Assembly: GCA_026396555.1 (NCBI GenBank)
Contig: JAPLWO010000061.1
Coordinates: 1-35,330, forward strand
Source of the DNA: Candidatus Magasanikiibacteriota bacterium
GTDB lineage: Bacteria; Patescibacteriota; Patescibacteriia; Magasanikbacterales; 2-02-FULL-50-9b
Length of the DNA stretch: 35,330 nucleotides
Reading direction: 5' to 3'
Below the pieces are notes generated by a model. That model was not told the origin of the DNA and made no database searches. It saw only the letters and a list, made by a program, of their open reading frames with translations. Each line of letters starts with the position of its first letter. Within the stretch, counting starts at the first letter, position 1. This document shows, piece by piece, positions 1 to 6,806 of this stretch. The position numbers and the translations under genes were made by a program.

Positions 1-2
1 CG

Positions 3-344
3 CTGTGGATCGATGGCGGAACAAGCGACACAGTCGGCGCGGCTAAAAACTTTCTTAATGTAAATACATGGGCAAGCAAATGTACGTTTATGAATAATGA
101 TGAAGCGATTTGTGCAGTACCAGATCCAACCACATTAATTCGTGGTATCGGTTTTGCGCCACAACTCGCGACAGACACCAACGACACCATCTATAAAATC
201 AATATTCGAAACGGACTCCAAACAATCGTCGGGAAACCTGAAGGCAATCGCACCATTCAGACAGTGACTGTTTCGAGTGATGGCCAATACGCGTTTCTAC
301 AAGACCAAAACACGCAAGAGATCGTGAAAATGAAATTAAAATAA
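3..344 (+). CDS. C-terminal fragment of a hypothetical protein, truncated by the left window edge
   Basis: Frame 3 is open from nt 3 with no stop; LWIDGGTSDTVGAAKNFLNVNTWASKCTF precedes the tracked Met at 90. Stop TAA at 342-344 lies 1 nt before the next ATG. No family recognised. Confidence 0.5.
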   Translation: MWIDGGTSDTVGAAKNFLNVNTWASKCTFMNNDEAICAVPDPTTLIRGIGFAPQLATDTNDTIYKINIRNGLQTIVGKPEGNRTIQTVTVSSDGQYAFLQDQNTQEIVKMKLK

Positions 345-345
345 T

Positions 346-1056
346 ATGGAAGTCGCCCACCGCTGGCTGGTTAGCGCAGTTATCTTATCGATCATACTTG
401 TGTGTGGTGGAGCACTTTACCAACTACGCGATTTTTTTTCAACATCACCCACATCTCAGAAAACTGCCACCACATCCACTGATACCGGCCCACTCAAAAT
501 ACCAACAATTAAAATTACAGATCCCCAGCGCGGCAACGAACATGCCCCACTTACGATCGTATATTTTGCTGATTTCGGTTGTGAAAGTTGCGCAGGCACG
601 TGGCCAACTATTCAAGCACTTGAAGCAGACCCGCAATTTAAAAATAAGCTGCGTTTTGTTTTTAAAGATTTTCCTGCACATCAAACCATTTTTCCGGAAT
701 CACTTGAATTACATAAAGCCGCTCGATGCGCTGCATCAATGGGAAAATTCTGGGAATTTCAAGCAGCCGCATTTTCACACGTCGAAGACGTGATCATCAA
801 CCAACCGACACTAGAAAAAACAATCACTGAAACAGGACTCGATTCAACAAAAGTTCACGCATGTATAGAGTCGCCCGGTATACAAAGTATGATCGATGAT
901 AATTTTACCGAAGGACAGCGACTTGGAATTGATACAACTCCGCTATTTTTTATTGGAGAAGAACGAATCGACGGAACTACAACCTATCAGATGCTTGCAG
1001 GAAAAATTCGAACGACTCTTGCACACATTGAACAAGGTGCGCAACAAACCCAGTAG
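346..1056 (+). CDS. Membrane-anchored DsbA-like thiol:disulfide oxidoreductase (thioredoxin fold)
   Basis: N-terminal TM helix (WLVSAVILSIILVCGGALY). CxxC active site FADFGCESCAG, with CESC at nt 580-591. DsbA-like length and C-terminal TPLFFIG motif. Confidence 0.85.
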   Translation: MEVAHRWLVSAVILSIILVCGGALYQLRDFFSTSPTSQKTATTSTDTGPLKIPTIKITDPQRGNEHAPLTIVYFADFGCESCAGTWPTIQALEADPQFKNKLRFVFKDFPAHQTIFPESLELHKAARCAASMGKFWEFQAAAFSHVEDVIINQPTLEKTITETGLDSTKVHACIESPGIQSMIDDNFTEGQRLGIDTTPLFFIGEERIDGTTTYQMLAGKIRTTLAHIEQGAQQTQ

Positions 1057-1058
1057 CT

Positions 1059-3194
1059 ATGAAAAAAATTTTCTTTATTACAGCTTTTCTACTCTTATTT
1101 TCTGCAAACACTGCGCACGCATCTTTTTATATTCCATTATTTAACACATGTACAGGACTTGTAACAAGCCCGTGCGACAGTAATCTGAATTGTAGTGAAA
1201 TGGGATTTGGAGGTCTCGGTAGAATTTGTATTCCAAACACAGATTATTCAGCATGCGGAAACTTCGGCGATTGCACAAAAAATACAGGAAGCGGAAATAC
1301 CAAATGTGTCACCGTACAATCGATCAAAACAGGAAGTGAATTAAAATACGACATGACCTGTTTAAACACAGCAACTGCACCACAGGCGTCAAACGCAAAC
1401 TCAGCTGTGTGCGATACTTGTAAAACAAGCGAGCAGTGCGTCAAAGTTTTTGCTGATAAAAATATTGCATATCGCTGCATCGATGTACAGCTCCTCCCCC
1501 CAAAAGTACTCGACATGGGAAATGGAAGTTGTGGACAAAATGCACAATGCGCCGGAGATCAAAGTTGTGTCGAGAATACATTCACCACGAGCGGACTTAC
1601 ATACGTGTGCTACACAAAATCACTAATCGATCTTACCGGTTCATGCAATAACGTTTCGGGTCAATGTGCGTATAAAGGCGGTGGTGCGAATTCCGGAACT
1701 TGCATGAATATTTTGGATAATAACGCAAAAACTCCACATTGTTTAGACTATTCACAATTGCCAAATAGTCCAACTGCACCGACTCAAGTTGTGTGTAAAA
1801 CAAGTGCCGACTGCGCGAAATTTGGAGAAAATCAATATTGTTTACAAAATCCGGCGACCAATAAAGGACAGTGTTTTCCGCAAGCAGCAATTTTTACAGA
1901 CATGAACCAGTTGCCAAAACAACTGTGTGGAACCAACGATTGTACCTGCGGTGCACCAGGCACAACAGGTTGCAACAAAAACATTTCAGACCCTAATGGC
2001 TCAATCTGCCTACCTTATATCGATCAAGCAGGTGTCACCATCTGTGCAAACAACGCAGGAAATGGAGCAATTTTGGGAACTGGTTCAGGAGCTGCATCGG
2101 CAAATTCTACATCAGCTATCACGCCCACCGTTCCAAACCAAACATACACTGCATACGCACCAAAACTTGAAATCAGCATTCCAAATTTAACATTCGTCGA
2201 TAAAATAACTGCCGAAGATTCTTCAGTGGCTGGTTTAAAAAGATTTTCCATCCCATATCTCGCAACGTACATAAATGCAGCGTACAAATATGCAATCGGA
2301 ATGGCGGTGCTCGCCGCCGTTCTCATGATGATGTACGCAGGATTTCGATGGATGAGTTCGTTTGGGAATGAAAAAGCAGTTACGGAAGCAAAGTCACTGC
2401 TTAGTAATGCAGCTCTCGGACTTTTTATGGTTTTCAGCGCCTACACCATTTTATATTTCATTAATCCAAATCTCACTAATCTATCTTCACTGCAAATCTT
2501 GGCACCGAAGCAGGAGGTATTCAACATCGAAGATTTAACGTTCTCAGATGAAGACCATACGAGTCAGGGCACCGAAGAGAATGTGACAGTAACTCCAAGT
2601 GAATATGACAATATGTTTCAGCTGTATGCAACATGTTCAGGCATTAATTGGCAATTAATGAAAGCGGTTGCACAACACGAATCTGGACTTAAAGCAGCGA
2701 TTCACAATCCAAACAGCAGTGCCGTTGGATTGTTCCAAGCAATGGCAGGAAAAGATAACAAGACATGTAAAAATGTTTTAAGAGCTGTCAATCTCGACGC
2801 AAAATGCAACGATCCTGGATTAACTGATCCGACATTAAATACTGCATATGCATCTTTAATTTTCAAAGTATCGGTTGGAAAAATTAATGCGCTTTGTTCT
2901 AGTGCAACGACTGAAGATAAAATTTTTCTCATGTATTTTGCACACAGTAGCGGACCTGGCGCAATGGGTGCAGGTGTGAAACAATACGGATGTAACCCTG
3001 TTTCAAATGGAACTGCATGGCCAGAAAGTGGAACACTCTGGCCTGACGGAACGCCTTATAAACTTTCAGGGAAAAAAGTTTATAACGGTGCATCAAAATC
3101 ATACATCAATAAAATTGTTAAAAAAGCAACCAGCATTGGTGTTACAAATTTTAGCGGACCGAAAAATCCAACCTCCTGTCCATTACACACGTAA
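1059..3194 (+). CDS. Secreted Cys-rich protein with a VirB2/TrbC-like two-TM pilin hairpin and a C-terminal lytic transglycosylase (SLT, VirB1-like) domain
   Basis: Signal peptide MKKIFFITAFLLLFSANTAHA. About 320 aa of Cys-rich sequence. Hydrophobic hairpin YINAAYKYAIGMAVLAAVLMMMYAGFRWMSSFGNEKAVTEAKSLLSNAALGLFMVFSAYTILYFINPNL (about nt 2250-2480). SLT motif AVAQHESGLKAAIHNPNSSAVGLFQ, with the Glu codon at 2679-2681. Starts 2 nt after the dsbA-like stop. Confidence 0.85.
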   Translation: MKKIFFITAFLLLFSANTAHASFYIPLFNTCTGLVTSPCDSNLNCSEMGFGGLGRICIPNTDYSACGNFGDCTKNTGSGNTKCVTVQSIKTGSELKYDMTCLNTATAPQASNANSAVCDTCKTSEQCVKVFADKNIAYRCIDVQLLPPKVLDMGNGSCGQNAQCAGDQSCVENTFTTSGLTYVCYTKSLIDLTGSCNNVSGQCAYKGGGANSGTCMNILDNNAKTPHCLDYSQLPNSPTAPTQVVCKTSADCAKFGENQYCLQNPATNKGQCFPQAAIFTDMNQLPKQLCGTNDCTCGAPGTTGCNKNISDPNGSICLPYIDQAGVTICANNAGNGAILGTGSGAASANSTSAITPTVPNQTYTAYAPKLEISIPNLTFVDKITAEDSSVAGLKRFSIPYLATYINAAYKYAIGMAVLAAVLMMMYAGFRWMSSFGNEKAVTEAKSLLSNAALGLFMVFSAYTILYFINPNLTNLSSLQILAPKQEVFNIEDLTFSDEDHTSQGTEENVTVTPSEYDNMFQLYATCSGINWQLMKAVAQHESGLKAAIHNPNSSAVGLFQAMAGKDNKTCKNVLRAVNLDAKCNDPGLTDPTLNTAYASLIFKVSVGKINALCSSATTEDKIFLMYFAHSSGPGAMGAGVKQYGCNPVSNGTAWPESGTLWPDGTPYKLSGKKVYNGASKSYINKIVKKATSIGVTNFSGPKNPTSCPLHT

Positions 3195-3225
3195 TGGGCG
3201 TCAAATCAAAAAAACTTACGTTCAC

Positions 3226-4770
3226 ATGAAAAAATTTTTTTTCATTTTCGCCGCACTCATTTTCATCCCGACAAACTCAGTGCATGCATCACCTGGAATT
3301 TTAGAGTCCTGTTCAGGTGCGAGCATCTGTGATTCAGGCTTGCACTGTAGCGCAAAAATAACCGGAGCTGATGTCATTAGTTTTGATAAGGGGGTTTTAT
3401 GCTTACCCGAACCTGATTTCGCAGTATGTGGCCAACTTGGTAATTGCAGCAAAAACACAAATGGCGACACGTACTGCGCAACCGTACAAGCACTCAACGA
3501 CATAAGTAAATACGGCATGTCCTGTTTAAACGCGCTTGAAGTGCCACAAGCAAGTAATGCCTCTAATAACTGTACCAGCAATGCCGATTGCAAAATAAAA
3601 GGAACACAGTGTGTAAAAATCGCATCATGGACAACGGACGGCCTCGATCAACTGACCAGCGTCACACGCTGCGTTGACTTAAATAAAATACCACCAGCTG
3701 TCGTAGACCAATCATTAATTCCAGCCGCCACGGCCGGTCAAACTTTTTCACAATTTGCACCACAACTTGAAGTCTCAATTCCCGGTTTAAAATTCGACAA
3801 CCAAATCACAGCCAAAGCAACTTCAGGAACTGAGATGCGAATTTATTCAGTCCCTTATATTGCATCCTACATAAATGCAATTTATAAATATGCAATTGGC
3901 ATGGCGGTGATTATTGCAACCATCATGATTATGTTTGCCGGTTTTCTCTGGATGACATCGTTGGGTAATGCAAAAACTGCAGGCCAATCAAAACATATGA
4001 TTGGAAACGCTGCACTTGGATTAGGGCTCGCATTTGGCGCGTACACAATTTTATATATCGTAAATCCAAATTTAGTAAATTTAAATGCCATTAAAATTTT
4101 AGCACCCAAACAAGAAATTTTTTGGGTCGACCAAAGTGGTTTCGACGATGTGACCGATGGCCAAACAGATACAGCGCCTTCAGTAGCAATAACGCCTGGC
4201 CAAATTCCGCCGTTCAAACAATGTAACCCGATATGGAAAGATGTTCCCTATCTTGACAAAAATGGAAATCAGATTACATGTACAAAATATCCGATCGATA
4301 CAATTTGTACAAGCGGTTGCGGCGTCGTATCACTCGCGTCAGTTCTTGTTTATAATGGATACAGCGAAACTCCGGCGACTATAGCAGCGTGGGCTGCGGG
4401 GCTTGGCGCGCATACCTCTTGTACCGGTGGAACAAACGCACAAATGCTGTGCAACAATATTTCAACGAAATTTCCTGATTTAAAATGTACGTCACTTAAT
4501 GGAAAAGATCCTGCAGCGATTGCTGCAATTGTAAAACAAGGACATCCAGTTGATTTTTCATGTCATGCCTGTAGCGGACAAACCGCACAAAATACTCCAC
4601 GAACCTATAAAGCACACTACATGGTGATCACAGGCGTGAGCGCAGATGGACAGACGTTTGACATTTTGGACGGAGGGAGTAGTAATCCCGCGAAGGCAAT
4701 GGTAAAATTGCCGGCAAGTGAATTTACCGCAGGAAATGTGGTGAACGCGTACGTTGTGCAAAAAAAATAA
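3226..4770 (+). CDS. Paralog of the preceding gene: secreted Cys-rich protein with the same pilin-like two-TM hairpin, but a C-terminal papain-like (Peptidase C39-like) domain
   Basis: The tracked ORF begins at 3007, but an in-frame ATG at 3226 gives the signal peptide MKKFFFIFAALIFIPTNSVHA, parallel to the upstream paralog. Hairpin YINAIYKYAIGMAVIIATIMIMFAGFLWMTSLGNAKTAGQSKHMIGNAALGLGLAFGAYTILYIVNPNL (about nt 3852-4085). The C-terminal domain has the pattern Q..W, CGVVSLASVL (Cys codon 4318-4320), GHPV and HYMVITG (His codon 4615-4617). Confidence 0.8.
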   Translation: MKKFFFIFAALIFIPTNSVHASPGILESCSGASICDSGLHCSAKITGADVISFDKGVLCLPEPDFAVCGQLGNCSKNTNGDTYCATVQALNDISKYGMSCLNALEVPQASNASNNCTSNADCKIKGTQCVKIASWTTDGLDQLTSVTRCVDLNKIPPAVVDQSLIPAATAGQTFSQFAPQLEVSIPGLKFDNQITAKATSGTEMRIYSVPYIASYINAIYKYAIGMAVIIATIMIMFAGFLWMTSLGNAKTAGQSKHMIGNAALGLGLAFGAYTILYIVNPNLVNLNAIKILAPKQEIFWVDQSGFDDVTDGQTDTAPSVAITPGQIPPFKQCNPIWKDVPYLDKNGNQITCTKYPIDTICTSGCGVVSLASVLVYNGYSETPATIAAWAAGLGAHTSCTGGTNAQMLCNNISTKFPDLKCTSLNGKDPAAIAAIVKQGHPVDFSCHACSGQTAQNTPRTYKAHYMVITGVSADGQTFDILDGGSSNPAKAMVKLPASEFTAGNVVNAYVVQKK

Positions 4771-4783
4771 TTGATTTGATCGT

Positions 4784-6127
4784 ATGTTTATCTGTTCTGA
4801 ATGCAAGGCGCGTGCACAAAAATGGTCAGGTAAATGTTTGAGCTGCAGCGCGTGGAGCAGTTTAGTTGAAGCTCCGGACGAACCGAAGAAAAAAAATGGA
4901 CGCATCGGCGGTGGATCAAACGCGGCGACCGAAACAATCGCGCTCAAATCAATTTCTTTGACGGGAGATGGCGGGGTGAAACGATTACACACCGGAATCG
5001 CATCGATCGACGAAGCGCTCGGCGGCGGCATAGTCCCCGGCTCTTTGATTTTACTCGCCGGCGAACCAGGTATCGGAAAATCCACACTTGTCATGCAAAT
5101 TGCAATCGCGGCGGGCGGCGTTTTATATATTTCAGGCGAAGAATCTGCACAGCAAGTTGGGATGCGATTAAAACGACTCGACACAAAAAATACCGGCGAC
5201 GTACAATTTATTGGTACAACAGATTACGAAACTGCGCACAACGCAATTAAATCGAGCCGACCACGCCTCGCGATCGTTGATTCGATTCAGACCATGCGCC
5301 ACCCCGATGTTCCGAGCGAACCGGGCAATGTTGCGCAAATCCGTGCGGTTGCAAATTCATTGATGGAGCTCGCGAACCAATCCGGCGTCCCAATTATTAT
5401 TATTGGCCACGTTACCAAGGATGGATCTGTCGCGGGTCCAAAAACATTAGAACATCTGGTCGACGTCGTGATCGCGATCGAAGGTGAGCGTTCGGATCGT
5501 TTGCGCTTTTTGCGCTGTTTTAAAAATCGTTTCGGCCCGACCGACGAAGTTGCGGTTTTAGAAATGCTTGAAACTGGTTTGCAGCCCGTCGCAGATCCGT
5601 CGGGATTATTACTCGAAGAGCGATCACTCCCTGTTCCTGGTTCTGTGGTTACCTGTTTGATGGATGGAAATCGTCCGATCTTGGTTGAAATTCAAGCGCT
5701 CACCACGCGTACAACATTCGGTTTTCCACAACGTCGCGCACAAGGTGTTGATAACGCGCGATTACAAATTTTACTCGCAGTGTTAGGTCGCCGCATGGGT
5801 TTGCCCGTCGACCAATTCGATGTATTCGTAAATGTAGTAGGCGGTTTATCAGCCGACGAACCAGCTGCGGATTTAGCAATTTGCATGGCAATCGCATCAT
5901 CGCTCGCAGATAAAACAATTCCGCAAACTGTTATTGCGTTTGGTGAAGTTGGTTTGTCGGGTGAAATTCGCCGTGTGAAAAATATGGATAAGCGTTTGAA
6001 AGAAGCAGAGCGCCAAGGATTTAAATTCGCGCTTGTTCCAGCTGCGAAAAATTTTCCAACGACAAAAACAATGAAGCTCGCGCCAATTGGCGATATTAAA
6101 TCTGTGCTTGAAAAAATTGAGAAATAA
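4784..6127 (+). CDS. radA: DNA repair/recombination protein RadA (Sms)
   Basis: N-terminal zinc ribbon CSECKARAQKWSGKCLSCSAW, Walker A GEPGIGKST, the RadA-specific KNRFG motif, and a Lon-protease-like C-terminal domain. Confidence 0.95.
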   Translation: MFICSECKARAQKWSGKCLSCSAWSSLVEAPDEPKKKNGRIGGGSNAATETIALKSISLTGDGGVKRLHTGIASIDEALGGGIVPGSLILLAGEPGIGKSTLVMQIAIAAGGVLYISGEESAQQVGMRLKRLDTKNTGDVQFIGTTDYETAHNAIKSSRPRLAIVDSIQTMRHPDVPSEPGNVAQIRAVANSLMELANQSGVPIIIIGHVTKDGSVAGPKTLEHLVDVVIAIEGERSDRLRFLRCFKNRFGPTDEVAVLEMLETGLQPVADPSGLLLEERSLPVPGSVVTCLMDGNRPILVEIQALTTRTTFGFPQRRAQGVDNARLQILLAVLGRRMGLPVDQFDVFVNVVGGLSADEPAADLAICMAIASSLADKTIPQTVIAFGEVGLSGEIRRVKNMDKRLKEAERQGFKFALVPAAKNFPTTKTMKLAPIGDIKSVLEKIEK

Positions 6128-6148
6128 TTTTCCACAATTTTTCCACAA
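6128..6148. repeat. Two tandem copies of the 10-mer TTTTCCACAA, with a third copy at 6255-6264
   Basis: Read directly: copies at 6128-6137, 6139-6148 and 6255-6264. The tandem pair lies just upstream of the -35 box at 6158. The third copy follows the terminator hairpin. Confidence 0.6.
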
Positions 6149-6157
6149 CACCAATAT

Positions 6158-6186
6158 TTGACACCAGGCATATGATGTTTTATAGT
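6158..6186 (+). promoter_or_regulatory. Sigma-70-like promoter, TTGACA-N17-TATAGT
   Basis: TTGACA at 6158-6163, an exact 17-nt spacer, TATAGT at 6181-6186. It points into the 3' end of the convergent toxin gene. There is no convincing + strand CDS downstream. Confidence 0.4.
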
Positions 6187-6207
6187 TTATTTACACATGG
6201 CAACTGT

Positions 6208-6648
6208 TTATTCAGAATGCCTCCGAGGCCCCAGTGAAAGCTGGGGCCGTTTGTTTTTCCACAAAATATCAGTGACACGCTGTTTAATTATTGCCAGTTG
6301 TGATGGTGGCACAGCGCCGACTTTTCTCCGCAACCGTTTGCAATCAAACATACGAAATTGCATGAGCAAAGCCGTGACTTCCCGCTCTTTTACAACTAAA
6401 GGAAACGAATAAAAACCATTCTTTTGAGAGCTCGTGAGCGGTACACCCCAAAAATAGCCACGTGTTAATCTAAGCATCACCAAAACTGGCCGCTCGAAAT
6501 TATTATTCTTTCCATCTTCTTCTACCCCAACGTTCACCCCAACCGAACAAAACCAAATATCACCATCTTGAACAAAACTTTTCCATTCACGCTTATTAAT
6601 ATCTTGTTTTAAAGTATTCCAAGAATCAAAATCTTTTTCAAAGCTCAT
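6208..6648 (-). CDS. PemK/MazF-family endoribonuclease toxin; no adjacent antitoxin ORF
   Basis: Aligns by eye to E. coli MazF. GDIWFCSVGVNVGVEEDGKNNNFERPVLVM matches GDLIWVDFDPTKGSEQAGHRPAVVLS. GVPLTSSQK matches CVPCTTQSK. VGAVPPSQLAIIKQRV matches GTVAPEELQLIKAKI. It carries extra N-terminal and C-terminal tails of about 17-25 aa. Confidence 0.8.
   Translation of the reverse strand: MSFEKDFDSWNTLKQDINKREWKSFVQDGDIWFCSVGVNVGVEEDGKNNNFERPVLVMLRLTRGYFWGVPLTSSQKNGFYSFPLVVKEREVTALLMQFRMFDCKRLRRKVGAVPPSQLAIIKQRVTDILWKNKRPQLSLGPRRHSE
6227..6258 (+). terminator. Rho-independent terminator, for the radA operon and/or the short transcript from the 6158 promoter
   Basis: GGCCCCAG (6227-6234), a 6-nt loop, CTGGGGCC (6241-6248), then GTTTGTTTTT. 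A U-run is present only on the + strand. It lies inside the 3' end of the minus-strand toxin ORF. Confidence 0.6.
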
Positions 6649-6724
6649 ATTTTTTAATCACCCATTTTACCGTCGCACACAGTTTAAAAAATGTCAACGT
6701 TTTTCGTGTGATTAACATGTGAAT

Positions 6725-6772
6725 AAAAAAATCCGACCATCTGCTCGCACGGTTTGCGAAACAAATGGCCGG
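6725..6772 (-). terminator. Rho-independent terminator of the DapD-like gene
   Basis: On the minus-strand RNA, CCGGCCAUUUG pairs with CAGAUGGUCGG (including G-U pairs) around an inner UCGCA/UGCGA stem, followed by UUUUUUU (+ strand A-run 6725-6731). The G-U pairs form only in the minus orientation. Confidence 0.6.
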
Positions 6773-6806
6773 TGTTAACCCAGAAGCGACAATTTACAAC
6801 AACAAC

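Noticed and set aside
3007-3225. 73-codon N-terminal extension of the second pilin-hydrolase paralog
   Set aside because: It overlaps the 3' end of the upstream gene. The in-frame ATG at 3226 yields a signal peptide matching that of the paralog.
4558-6171. Antisense ORFs within radA (208 aa at 4558-5184; 159 aa, 72 aa and 85 aa at 5692-6171)
   Set aside because: radA is unambiguous on the + strand. The antisense products are low-complexity and unrecognisable.
6197-6412. 71-aa + strand ORF beginning 4 nt after the predicted start site of the 6158 promoter; a possible leaderless antitoxin
   Set aside because: It is fully antisense to the well-supported MazF-like gene. It contains the intrinsic terminator 30 nt into the ORF, and its sequence is not protein-like.
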